Of a DNA stretch of 64,000 nucleotides, positions 24,880 to 38,008 are shown one piece after another. The position numbers and the translations under genes were made by a program. The notes below the pieces were generated by a model. The model worked only from the letters and a program-made list of their open reading frames with translations. It was not told the DNA's origin and did no database searches. The DNA comes from Octopus sinensis. Its lineage: Eukaryota. The stretch lies in the NCBI RefSeq assembly GCF_006345805.1, contig NC_043002.1:61442001-61506000 (forward strand), given 5' to 3'. Numbering within the stretch: position 1 is the stretch's first letter; the number at the start of each line of letters is the position of its first letter.

Positions 24880-27800
24880 TTGATTTTTTTGATTTTTCCA
24901 GTTTCAGCTTATGAGCTGTGGCCATGCTGGGGCACCGCCATTTGGAGTTGCTACTTGGTTTCACTTCATGAAGGCTTTCTAGCAGCTGCTATTTGGTGCA
25001 TGAGAGAGTTCGATTCAGCTGCCCTCATCTGCCCCTCCTGCCGTGAAGTTGGTTTATCTGGGACACCTGACGGGAAGAGATCCAGCTTCATTTTAAAGAC
25101 ATCTGTATCCACCCCATGCAGGTCTCTCAGGTTCTTCGGGAGGATATTGAAGAGCTGTGGGCCTCGGAAGCCCAGGCTATCACAGAATCTTGTCCTACAT
25201 CTTGATGGCAAGTTTGGAGTCCTAGGCACCACGCAGTGGAGCCCAGTTCTGGCATTTGCGTAACTCTCGATGCCAAAGTTCAGGACACTTCCCTCCAGGA
25301 TCTTCCAGATGTATATTATGGCATATCTTTCCCGCCTACGCTCCAAGGAATATAATTTTAATTTCCTGAGTCTTTCCCAGTAGCTTACATTCTGCATAGA
25401 GGCTATCTTCTTCGTGTAGCTACGTTGGATCGCCTCGAGCTCTGTGATCAACTTGACACTGGATGGAGACCATAACTGAGAGCAGTAGTCAAAGTGGCTT
25501 AGGACAAGTGTCCTCCAGAGGACCATCATGGTTTCTTGTTCTCTTGTTCTAAAGGTTCTGAGGATCCATCCGGCCAGTCGTCTACATTTCATTGCCAATT
25601 TAGCAACATGTACACGAAAGGTCGCGTCATCACTCATTGTAAATACCTAGGTCACGCACTGATTGTGCCTCTGGATGCTATTCCTATTCCTCCGGGTCCA
25701 GTGTATTCATTGGGTATTGCATTTAGTTTTGCATGCTGATAGTATAGAGCTTGAAACTTTTCAGCATTGAACTGCATGCTATTCTTTTCGGCCCACTTGT
25801 ATATTTTGTCTAGCTCACATTGCAGGTGTTTAGTGTCCTCAGGGTTCTGTATTGCCTGTGAAACTTTTGTATCATCTGCATAACTTGTGATCGTGGTTCT
25901 CTGCGTGGCTGAGGGCATGTCTGAGAGGGCCATTATGAACAGCAGTGGCCCCAGAACAGTGCCCTGCGGAACACCGCTCACTATTTGCGTGTTAATGGAA
26001 GTGGCCCCATTGGCCACTACCACCTGACTTCTATCCTTCAGAAAGTCATGAAGCCATTCTCCCAGTTTTCCAACTATGTTGAGATCACGCAGTTTGTGAC
26101 ATATCATTCCATGATCGACTTTATCAAAGGCCTTTGCAAAGTCGAGATATATCACTTCCACATTTGAGTGTTGAGCAGCCGTTTCAGCACCCAGTCATAG
26201 TGTTGTAGGAGCTGAGTTAAACAGCTTCTCCCTGGTCGGAAACCATGTTGGGTGTCGGCAGCAAGTCATTTTCTTCAAGGAAGGTGATCAGCTTCCTTCT
26301 GACTATTCGTTCCATGACCTTGCTGATGTGTGAGGTCAGAGAGATAGGTCTATAGTTCTTGGCTTCCGCTCTGCTACCTCCTTTATGAATGGGGCATATT
26401 TTACCTTCCTTCAGTTTTTCTTGGAAGTTTGCCAGCTGCAAGGAAGCTCTGAAAGAGAACTGCAGTGGTCTTGCTAGACTCTCTTACATGCTTTTAGGAG
26501 GATGCCGGGAATCCATCGGGGCCAGTAGCTGAGTCTGTTTTCATTTCATCTATAGCCTTGATTACATCGTCTTCCTTTATATCGATGTAATCTATCGTCG
26601 CCGCCTCTGATTTTATATCTGCAGTGGTAAAAAAGTCAGTTGGATTGGTGATTTTGGAGATGCCCAAGGGGTGGAGTGAAAACACTCTTGAATTGCTCAT
26701 TCAGTATTTCACTTACCGCATTGGTTTTCCTGTAAGTGTGCCATCCTTTTCGAGGAGTGGCCCTATTCTACAGTGCACTGTAGCTGTTTCTTTGGCATAC
26801 CTGTAGAAAGCTCTGGGGTTAGATTTTATGTTGTCTATAGCCCAGGCTTCTTTGTCTGCTCTTTCCTTTTCATGGGAGAGTTTCAGACATTTTTCGATTT
26901 CCAACAGTTTTATTTTAGGCGGGACTTTTCACTGCTTTCAATCTGTTTGTTTAGGCGATTTGAAAATTTTTGTACGCCGTCTCATTAGAATTTTCCTCTC
27001 TCTGGGGATTTTGTTCTTGTGTACGTGGCCTTTCTCTCTGGGACATATTGTAGCATATGGCTTGCATTACAGACATGAATTGTTGAAGTTTCACGTCGAT
27101 GTCTGGCGAGGAGAGACATTTAGCCAGTTTTGTTTGAGATCTCTTTCTCAATTTGTTTCCAGTTTGCCTTATGGTAGTTCAAGCTGGAAAGATTCTGGGG
27201 GTTTTCTTGTAGGCTGCATGTCCGTGCTCTCTTTTGCCCGTACATGGTCAGCTCTATCATGTTGTGATCCGAGAGTAGTGTCGGTGTCACTTTCACATTA
27301 TGGATGAGATCCATGTCATTTGTGAAGCAGAGACCAGTGTGTTACCTGCCCTGGTTGGTTGGAGTATTACCTGCTCCATGTACAGGGTGTTGATGAGGTT
27401 CAGGAGGGACCTCGCCTGTCCTCGTTCACATCTTGTCATTCCTGGGAGAGAAAGGCCCTCGGGCCATCTGACATTTGGCAGATTGAAGTCTCCCATAAGA
27501 AGTACACTTATGTGTTGTTCTAATGTGGTTAGAACTTCTTCTATTTTATAAGGCATGTCTTCAAACTTGCCCACATGGCTTGGGGCATCTGGAGGGCGAT
27601 ATGTAGCACACACAACACTACATCAAGTTGCCTAATATGTACATTAGTGTGTCACACACCGAGTTTGAGTATGACAAGAGGACCTGGGGTGTGAGGTCCT
27701 CACGATGTACATAGCAACACCCCTCCATGACTCCTTTCTTTCCTGTCGGTCCGTAGTACAGCATACTGTGTATGTGTAACTCCGCATCTGCTATATCCGG

Positions 27801-28560
27801 TTTCAGGTGCGTTTCCATTAGTGTGCTATGCATAAGACTTGATTGCATGCAACAAAATCTCTCAGGAACGGGATTTTTGTCCTGTTACTGAGTGTTTGCA
27901 GTCCTCTATGTTCAGTAGGAGCATCGAGGTGAGGTGTACGTTGTTACCGGTGGTGTCCATCCTGGGTCTGTTGCTGTGGTGGTGGTCTGGTATATAGTGG
28001 GTAGTCCCACCTGCGGGCTTGGGTTTGATGAAGTCCAGGTCAGCTGCTGTACAATCTTTTGTGCCATGCACAAAAAAGATTGTTGCTCAGCAGCTGCCCT
28101 TTCGACAACATCATGTTGGTGGTTTGTGGCACGCACAACATCTGCGTACCTCCGCTTTGGGGCAAGTGGTGCGTGGTCCATCCCTTTTCCTTGTGTTGAT
28201 GGTTTGTCCATCTGCCTCGTGTCTCTGTGGCAGGTCCCCGATGTGCAAAGCGGCAGCCTGCACCTTCTTTTCCATGCCAGCAGGAACCTCTCAGGTAGAA
28301 CCTACACACCTGTGTGCGCTGTCCGTTTCCATCTTTTGCGGTTCCACTTCTATTCCTGGTTTTTTCACCCTTTGGTCCTGCTTGAGCTTTTCCTTTAGCT
28401 CTACCAGCCTTCTTTTAGTTCTTCCGCCTCCCTCTACCTCTTCACCGGGTTCTCCGTCTCCATGGCCTTTGCTGCCGGTTGGAGAACTTGCCACCTGGGT
28501 TCACTTCCCGGGCAGGTTTCTCATTCAAAAACCTCCCCGGGCATCCACCAGGTGGGGGTG
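24880..28560 (-). mobile_element. Near full-length CR1-clade LINE, multiply frameshifted (ORF1 with CCCH finger; ORF2 APE+RT)
   Basis: ORF1 CRFYLRGSCWHGKEGAGCRFAH; APE motifs METHL and YRPP...GDFNLP; RT motifs KNYRPISLTSH, YLDFAKAFDKVDH, SGVPQGTVLGPLLF, YADDT; C-terminal LERRRER; (AAAATC)-like tail; (TA)n on both flanks. Confidence 0.9.
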
Positions 28561-28605
28561 ATATATTATATACATATACATATATATACATATATATATA
28601 TATAG

Positions 28606-28639
<34 letters not shown>

Positions 28640-28642
28640 TAT

Positions 28643-28676
<34 letters not shown>

Positions 28677-29013
28677 GTCTCTATCCGCCTATTTACATTT
28701 GTATTCCTGCATTTATATATACAAAACAGGTTATATAAAAAAGAAGTTAAAAATGTACTGAGATTCCTTGAGAATTTTTGTTTTATATTAAAGAAGTATC
28801 CGGCTTCATAGGTTTGTCTGATTTCCAAAAGTTGGTGTAATACGAGACTAAACCATGCTGCAACAGCCTGTGAAGCAAGACAGCCGCAGCATATCTTGAG
28901 GTCTTTCTATCTCAACATTTGAAAATCAAGGATATCTGTGAAACTGGTGAAGTACTTAAAGTTAACAAAAACTTAACGAATACCAGTTCACTCTCAACTT
29001 TTTTTATTCACAC

Positions 29014-29098
<85 letters not shown>

Positions 29099-29855
29099 TA
29101 TATATATTTATATATTATTATTATTAAAGCTGTAAAAACATCATAAAAGTTCGCAAAAATCTGATATTCAGAGTCACAAGTTCCCATTCGTCTGACACTT
29201 TTTATTGAGAATGAAACAAAATATTAAGGTTATAATCATAAATGTATAAATTATATTGACAGATATACATTTGAAATTGTTTCCGATTCATTGCTCCTTT
29301 CAACTAACAGTTTTTCTTAAGAAACGGTGATAAAATTAGAATTAAATGATCTAAAAATTATACTATGCAAAAGAGAAAGAAACTGTATGTCAAAAATAAC
29401 TTTAGGTAGTAGAAAAACATGTATACTCAGAGTAAATTAATTAATGGTGAAATATAAGTCTGTTTATAATAAAATGTTCACTTAGATCTAACAGCATAAA
29501 ATATAAACACGCATTATTCACATAGAAATAAATGCAAACATTCACTTATACATCCACAGACTAATAACATATGCATATGTATATACGCTCAACATACAAA
29601 AGTTGATACTTCGTTCATACGTATATACAAACATCTGCAGGTATAATATAAATGTGAATATACATACGAATATATATATACATAGGTATCTGTTTATATA
29701 TATATACACACCTCATACCTCTGTGTGTGTATGTTCTGACTATGCAACTTTGTTAGAAGTTAGAAAAGGAATCAGAATAAGAAGTGTTCGGAGGAAGAAA
29801 CAGAAGTGGCGAGAGAAAAAAGGAAAGTGAGATAAAAATATACATAGTAAGAGAA

Positions 29856-29912
<57 letters not shown>

Positions 29913-30163
29913 ATGAGTTGAAATAAATACATAAATACATACATGTATGCACGCATACCACTACACAAATAAATAGGATAGATCGTTACCACTACACACA
30001 TTTTTTTCTCTCCTTGTTTTTTTCTGTGTCCCTTTCTGTAGAAGAGCTTGGTCTCGAAACGTAAAAGACTTTTTCTATTCCTGAGCGTTATACTAATACA
30101 TCTTTTTATTTTGTACACCACCTGTCTTCGTCTTTTGTTTTTTCGTAAACTCTCCCTATATAT

Positions 30164-30230
<67 letters not shown>

Positions 30231-30315
30231 TGTGTGTGTGTGTGTGTATACACATATACATATACACACATATATGTATATATAAATATACATATATATA
30301 TATCTATATATATAT

Positions 30316-30348
<33 letters not shown>

Positions 30349-31099
30349 TATTATATATATATATAATATATATATGCATGTATGTATGTTTGTATAGACG
30401 ATAAGTTGCATACGCTTAGGAATAATTTTAAAATGGTTTATATGGTGTATTAAATATCGAAATTAAGAAAATAGCGCAATAAATTAGCGTAATATAATTT
30501 AGTGCAATACATATTTGAATATTTAAATTTAAAATAAAAATTTGAAAATAAGTAATTCTTTTTTAATTCTGACCTCGGCGGAATTTAGTTAAAAAATTCG
30601 CAACTGGCTAAAAATCGCGAAATATTTGACTCGCTCGCTAAAGCTTGGCACTATCGCCTTACCGGCAATGATAATAATAATGGTAAATAAATTCAAATAA
30701 TTGAGTATTTAATTTTAAATATCATAAAAATAATTTTTAAAAATACTATAAAATCAATCCATTCGGGTATTCGATATTTTAAAGCATATTTAAATTGACT
30801 TTAAATATATGCATTAATGATCAATGTAGTTAGGTATATTTCGGGGGTAAATTGCAGTGTGCAAAAAAAACAAAACAATTCCATGGCTAAAAAGGTGCAT
30901 TTAAATGTAATAGTTACAATAAAACAATGTAAATTAAATAAAACTAATATAAAAATAATAAAATATAATAAAATACAAATAATAGTTTGTAAACAAACGG
31001 AGGTTTTCTTGAAAGTCGAAAATGGTTGTAATATTAAATGATGCTTGTATTTAGGTGAAAAGTCTAAATTCAAATGCATAAGTCAATGTTATCCGTACG

Positions 31100-32403
31100 G
31101 TATTTATTCACTCGAGATTTCATACCTCGTAGCGTGTCTGCGGGAATTTAAATGACCCCCGTCTTTGGTTCAGTGCTTATTTATCCTGGATTCAGGATGA
31201 AGAGCTTTTCAGTCAGCCAAACATTGCACCTTATTGGGTGTTTATATGGTCCGTGATTACAGGGTACTGCTTTCTCCAAGATTGCCCTGCTGATTTTGAA
31301 AGGACGGGCATCATTTTCTTTCAATTGCCGGACGACATGTTTAGTAAGACTTGTTGCTGTTCTGCTTTGGGGTTATCGAAATCAATTTCGGAGGAAATAC
31401 AGTCTAGTCTTGAGAGAATTTCCTGTGGCTCCAGTACGTGTTTTGTTTTCTTGCGAGCCATCCATTAGTTTCTTAGCTCTATAAACTATTTCATTCTCAA
31501 AAGAATTTCCTCTCTACGGACAGCAACTTTCATTTTTGAAATTACAATTCGGCTGGATATTTCCGGTACTAACTAGATTCTGAAGTATTACGATGGATGA
31601 TTTGATACCTAAAAAGTTAATACCTAATAAAATCTACATTAGTTAGGTTAGTTTCTATCGTTATACGTAACCGTATTCTTTGGAAGAAAGTAATAAGATT
31701 CTTCATAAGTCTATCTAAATCATGGCCGTTCAAATTACGAGTAACTATAAAACCGTCCGTCATCCCTGTATAATCCTGCATCTATTTAAGGGAATTCCAG
31801 ATCCGGGTTATACAAAATATAGGTTCCTATAAGCACACATTACTCAGCTCTATCATATACCCCATCGGCACATCAAATAAAGAATCGTCGCTCCTTTTGA
31901 CCCAAGTGGAATTATCGTAAAACAGGAGGAATTTCCTTGCATGCAGTGACTTACCGTTTGTCGAATTCTAATTCTTTAAGAAGTAAAGGTCTGGATATTC
32001 ACGGGTGATAATCGACAGTATCGACCTACATAAATTGGATGATAAATTCATGGCTAATTCCCTTGAACCAATCTATAATTGACTTACTATTTTCACAAAT
32101 CCGTAAATTTCATTCTCTGCTTAACTTGTTTAAAATAGACTCTAAAATATGTTTGCTAATAATTCCTATTTCTGTTTTAGCTGGGTCGATTATTCTACAT
32201 TCAGGGTTTCTAGGGAAATTAGCTTTGTGGTCCTTAAGGGTAATAAAGGGTTGGCGTGAGTAAAGATGTTCTATCCTATCACTAAGTTTAAGATTGTTAG
32301 CGATCTTTCTTGCTTCGATATTAACCTATTTATATAAATTAGTGTTAGCTTTTTTGTAGGTGTCTGTAAATGCTAATCAAAGGAAGCCAACCGCGTATAA
32401 GTT
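31100..32403 (-). mobile_element. Penelope-like element, degraded RT and GIY-YIG
   Basis: KIANNLKLSDRIEHL..FITLKDHKANFPRNPECRIIDPAKTEIGIISK and IIDWFK are PLE RT motifs; downstream NSLKTR..RTATSLTKH..CNVWLTEKLFIL matches the PLE GIY-YIG C-terminus. Confidence 0.8.
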
Positions 32404-33478
32404 TTTTTTAAATATCACCTTGATCACCTTGACCGACCAGTCCGTCAGGCGTCCATTTGACACCACTGGTCATAGCACGCTGTCCACTCCTCTCTGGATC
32501 GCGCCCTTCTCATCCACGTGATCCCAATCGTCCTTCTGAAATCGGTCTTCCGGGTGGTCTTTTCCGCTCGCGCGGGTACCACTCGATAAATGCGTGGGTG
32601 CACCGATTATCGGTGAGCCGGGCGACGTGTCCAGCCCATCTATAGTTGCTGCGTGTATACTCTGCGATGACATCTCTCACGCCGGACTTCTTTCTGATGA
32701 TCTCGCTACTGATGTGCTCTCTCAACGAGATACCAAGCATTGACCTTTCCATGGCTCTTTGAGCCGTTACTAGTCTCTGCTCTTCTCTCTTTGTGGTAGC
32801 CCATGTTTCACTACCATATAACATTGTAGGTAGAACTGCACTGTTAATGAGGTTGGCGCGGGTGGTCCTGTCCAACCTGTTGCATGGACGAGACATCGGC
32901 GACTAAACTGACAACCCCACCATGTTCACTTAGTGAGGAGGGTGCTGTTGGACACCTTGTGGGATGGAAAAATAAGACCCAACAAAGGGCGGATGAACTC
33001 CTGAATAGTCAACGGCCATCCTACAAAATGCCGGCCTGCCCGCCCAGCCAGTGGGATGGCGTCATCTTATGGCTAAAACAGCACGAAGAACGAAGAGAAA
33101 AGGAAAAGGGCCTCAGTACCCTGCACGTCAATCGGGCCACTCCATGACGGCTGCTAAGAATGACAGGTTCCCGAGGGCCGTCATGGTACAGGACTAACCT
33201 TGCCATATGCACCTACAACTGCAGGTCCCTGACAGGGTGGCAAGAACTGAGCCACCTAATGGAGGAGAGGAAGAAGATCAGGTGCGACGTGTTAGGGCTG
33301 TGCGAGACACGCTGGAAGAAGGAAGGGAGTATACGATGGCAAAATGGATGCACGGTGAGATTAGGGAGAGTAGAAGGTGCTAGATCGGTCGGAGGTATCG
33401 GATTCATCGTAAGTAAGGAATGGGCTTCGAGGGTCGCTTCTTGCCACTTCTTGCCACTTCATATCATTTTTTAAATAT
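32404..33478 (-). mobile_element. RTE-clade LINE insertion with inverted 5' segment and 12-bp TSD
   Basis: Minus 32416-32885: LYGSETW..AQRAMERSMLGISLREH..RWAGHVAR..RKRPPGRP and a (TCAAGGTGA)n tail. Plus 32890-33460: 5' region and APE start (ICTYNCRSL..DVLGLCETRW..GGIGFIV). TTTTTTAAATAT at 32404-15 and 33467-78. Confidence 0.8.
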
Positions 33479-33874
33479 TTAAACTTTAATTTCATGTATA
33501 TCACCGGTTCTTTAAAAAGCCATTAATTGAAAAGAGAAATCAATTTAAAATGTGTATCTGTCAATGTAAATTGCATATTTATACATATAACCGTATTTTT
33601 GTTCCATTCTCAATCAAAGCTGGTCAACGAAGGGGAATTAGAAACTCTGCGTAGCAAATGTTTGTATTATATTTGTGATACATTTGGAACTTTAATATTA
33701 AAGCATATTACTCTACCTTCAGTATTCGAGTACTATGTTTCCCATCTTGTTACACATTTATGTGCTTACTCTCGTGTATATATATATATTATATATATAT
33801 ATATATATATGCGTATATGTATGTTTATATCGAGAGAGAGAGAGGGAGGGAACTAAGAAATCACACACACACAC

Positions 33875-33905
<31 letters not shown>

Positions 33906-33953
33906 TGTAGTATGTATGTATGTATGTATGTATGTATGTATGTAGTATGTATG

Positions 33954-33992
<39 letters not shown>

Positions 33993-34199
33993 TAATAAAA
34001 TTAAGGAGGGTGCGTTACATAAATATTTTCAGGATTACATAAAATGGAGACAATAAACGGAAAATTTGATATGCCTATGTGGATATATAATTAAAAGACG
34101 TTTAGTAAATAAGCGATAAACAAACGAAAATATACTAAATACGCAAGCGAACAGAAAACACAGAAGGTCACGAACTACTCATCAGTTACCGGCCAGAGG

Positions 34200-34262
<63 letters not shown>

Positions 34263-34600
34263 ATATATAATATAATATATATATATATATATATATATTG
34301 TATAGGTAGTTTCGTAGTATTCATATAACACGCGTACAAAATTTCTATTGAAATAGTTACGGGTATACATATGCATGCATATATGCTCTTATATACACTC
34401 ATATGTGCGCATACACATACACATGCATATATGTATGCAGGTATGTATTTGTCAATATGATAGTGTCAAGGAAAGGGTTATAATGTGAATTATATCTAGT
34501 TGCAAATTCAGAAAAATATTAAAAAAAATTTTAGTGTGTGTAAAAATACTTACTTCAGTTAGATAAAAATGAAGTGTAAACTTGACCAGTCTTTCTTTCT

Positions 34601-35494
34601 CTATTTTATCGTATATACGTTCCTTGTATTATTTCTCATTTTTTCTTTACAGCATATCTGTTTCAACTTGTTTCGAAATATTTTACTGGCGACAAAATAT
34701 AAAATGAAATTAAGACAATTATTTATATTCGCTAACATATCCAAGATAAGGAATGTATTTTCATTGTCACACATATCTTCGTATGATTGTAAAGATGAAT
34801 ATACAGACACTGGAAATGTTGTTATTAAGAATGTGATATTTATAGCGATGACAATATATATGGTGCTCTTGGATTGTGTCGATCGATTGTGTTGTGAATG
34901 TTGCCCGAGGTTTGGTCGCTGAAGTAATTTATATATCATAATGATGGAGGTAATAGCCATAAGTACAGCTGGTAAGAAGGAGTAGATCGTGAGGAAGGAA
35001 AGCATTTGATATTCGTGTGTTTTCAATAATATTATCATAAGTGCAAATGTTATACATACACAAGCAAGGACTATCAGAAGTATGACAAACGGAATGTAGG
35101 GTTTAGGTGTCAAACGGCGAGAAAATGGGAAGCAAACCGCCAACAAACGATCTGTAGATATGATAACTGTTATCCACGAAGAATAAGTAGATGTGATGAG
35201 AATTATATAACCAATTATGGGATCGTTAAAGATGTCGTTCGTGTTCTCATGCGGTAATGAATATGTAAGGAATATATTTTTTGTATAACTTATGCATATT
35301 ATAAGTAAGTCTACCAACAATAGACAGAAGAGATATGGAGCTATATGTGACTGACGCATCCGTTTCTCGCAATATGTGCCAATGACCGCTAAATTTCCAA
35401 ACGTCCCAAAAGTTAATAATATTATAGACCCGTAGAATACAATTCTCCTTTGCACAGATTCTTCATCAGTGATTATAGAAGTACAGTTCATCAT
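34601..35494 (-). CDS. Intronless class A GPCR, copy 2 (297 aa)
   Basis: TM1 GTFGN, TM2 LLLVDLL, TM3 SSWITVIISTDRLLAV, TM5 YSFLP, TM6 FLITTFP, TM7 NINNCLNFILY, FRNKLKQICC; closest to copy 1. Confidence 0.93.
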   Translation of the reverse strand: MMNCTSIITDEESVQRRIVFYGSIILLTFGTFGNLAVIGTYCEKRMRQSHIAPYLFCLLLVDLLIICISYTKNIFLTYSLPHENTNDIFNDPIIGYIILITSTYSSWITVIISTDRLLAVCFPFSRRLTPKPYIPFVILLIVLACVCITFALMIILLKTHEYQMLSFLTIYSFLPAVLMAITSIIMIYKLLQRPNLGQHSQHNRSTQSKSTIYIVIAINITFLITTFPVSVYSSLQSYEDMCDNENTFLILDMLANINNCLNFILYFVASKIFRNKLKQICCKEKMRNNTRNVYTIK

Positions 35495-36423
35495 TATGAA
35501 TGTTCTAAAACTTGTATCACTTATAATTTCGGTTCAGTGTAATTTATAGAAATTGACTGAAACATGAAAAAATAAAAACGGGTTCATATTTTTATTTCCC
35601 TTTATCGTTATCATATACACCTTCATATTGTTAGATTTCCGTTTATTTAATATTTGGTGGATGTTTTTCTTCCTTTACTTGTGAATTTACTCAAAAATAA
35701 TTCCGTATGCCATCAATTTTTTCCCATCCGCAAATATAGTGGTTGCTACATATATTGAATTTTATGCTTGTAGTCGATGAAAGTGAAAGAAAATCATCTT
35801 TCAAGTGTTATATTTATCATTGTCCTGTCGCTTCCTCTGATTTTGATACGGTTTAATATAAAACACGGAAGTTTGTCAACATGTCACATAAAACTATGCA
35901 TTAATACTACTGAAATCATTAACGAGAACTTAACCATATCAATGGCTACATTATCTTCCCTACTACTTGTAACAATGATGAGAGCTGTGATGATGTTTTC
36001 ATTAATGCTTTTGCATATGCTGGCTAATCAATAATTAATCAATGGATATTACTTAATTTTTTTCTGCTGTGCGATAACTACTGTCAGTAAATTGATTTTT
36101 CAATTAATGTCCGCCATTATTCTGATTTACGCTGCTTAAACGAATACAACAGGAGGTTCAGTTATATAATTTCATGTACGATACTTGTTTAACTTCAATC
36201 GACAGACACACACACAGACAAGCACACAAACACATACATGCATAAATATGTGAATGTGTGTGTATATATACATAAACACACACGGACACATATATACATA
36301 AATACAAACATACATACATACATACATACATACACACACACACATGTATATATACATACATGCATACCTATATAAATACATACATATGTATATGTATATA
36401 TATGTACATATATATATATATAT

Positions 36424-36455
<32 letters not shown>

Positions 36456-36460
36456 ATATA

Positions 36461-36492
<32 letters not shown>

Positions 36493-37096
36493 CTATATAT
36501 ATATATATAATATATATATATATATTATATATATATATATATATATATTCATTGTGTGATACTGTACACAAATACTGCTGAAATATCCAAATTTTTCCCC
36601 GCTTTTTAAATTTGCGTATGAAGTTTGCGTTAGTCTTGCTAAAATCACAGATTGCTTCTTTTAATCATTGTCTTTATCGATTTCTTTATTCATTATTTTA
36701 CTTTAAGATACTGGCGCACTGTCAAGGTAGGTCTAGTTAAACAAATCGATTCAGGACTTAATCTTTTCAACTTTGGGATTTACATTTTCTTTTAGCGGTG
36801 GGGTCTACTATGATATCGATTGGGTGGTGTGATGACAAATATACACACAGACAGGCATATAGATACACACGCACGCATAAACTCACATAGACACCCGCAC
36901 GCAAGTAGATGCACGTACAGGCACAAGAATTCACAAACGTGTATGTATAAATATGTATGTTTATATAAATGAAATGTGCGACGGGAGCAGAAAGAAAACG
37001 CAATATACTTCCATAAATATGCAAAGAACATAAATTAAGATATACATCTAAGTAGATACTTACTGGATTGGAAAAAATGCTCAAGCATCGAGAGCT

Positions 37097-38008
37097 TTAA
37101 TTTGCTGTCGACTGCAATGAATATACTGTAATCCTATTGGCATATATCTTTTTAGAACATATGTGTTTCAAATTGTGACGAAATGATTTGCTAATCACAA
37201 CATACAAAATAAAGTTAATAACATTATTAATACAAGCTATAGTATCCAAAAAGATATACATGACCATATTAATTTCATTTTGGAGTGATAGTACCAAGAA
37301 ATAAATAGAAGCAGGAAACGTTGTTACCAGAAACAGTAAGTTTATAGCGATGACGATATAAATGGTATTTCTGGACTGTTCAGATAAATTCCGTTGAATA
37401 TGCTGGCCAAGGTCGGGTCGATGAAGTATTTTGTATACCAACAAAATAGAACTGATTATTAAAATCACAGCTGGTAAGAATGAATAAATCAAGAGTGCTG
37501 CACACAGAGTATATACTTCATTCTTCAAAAATACTGTCAGCATTGTATACGTAACAACAATGCATACAAAAAGCAAAGTGAGCACGATGTAAGGCTTATA
37601 GCGTCCAGAAGAATGAAATCTGGAAAACGGGAAAAAAATTGCAAACAAACGTTCGAGAGATATGATAACGGTTATCCAGGAGGAATATATATTTATAGAA
37701 AAATTAACGGCTCCATATATTTCACTGTTTAAAATACCTGTAATTGACGTATCAGAATGCAAAGTTGAGGATTGCCATATGATCCTTAGGTAATTCAACC
37801 AAATAACAGCGAAATCCACTAGAGACAAACAATGAAGATATGGAACGATTTTAGTCTGACGCATTTTCTTCTGGAAAAATATCGCAAAAACAGCTAAATT
37901 CCCAATAGATCCAAATATCAATAAAAGAATTGAAACATACTGTATACTTCTAAGGAAATGTATATTTGAATCGCTAGGTGTCTGGCTACTGTTTGTGATT
38001 GGGTCCAT
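37097..38008 (-). CDS. Intronless class A GPCR, copy 3 (303 aa)
   Basis: GSIGN, LSLVDF, SSWITVIISLER, YSFLP, FLVTTFP, NNVINFILY, FRHNLKHIC; closest to copy 4. Confidence 0.93.
   Translation of the reverse strand: MDPITNSSQTPSDSNIHFLRSIQYVSILLLIFGSIGNLAVFAIFFQKKMRQTKIVPYLHCLSLVDFAVIWLNYLRIIWQSSTLHSDTSITGILNSEIYGAVNFSINIYSSWITVIISLERLFAIFFPFSRFHSSGRYKPYIVLTLLFVCIVVTYTMLTVFLKNEVYTLCAALLIYSFLPAVILIISSILLVYKILHRPDLGQHIQRNLSEQSRNTIYIVIAINLLFLVTTFPASIYFLVLSLQNEINMVMYIFLDTIACINNVINFILYVVISKSFRHNLKHICSKKIYANRITVYSLQSTAN

Noticed and set aside
34569-34922. Plus-strand ORF of 117 aa overlapping GPCR copy 2 (also 2767-3057 and other antisense ORFs over the LINEs)
   Set aside because: Antisense shadows of real minus-strand coding sequence or chance ORFs; no recognisable motifs.
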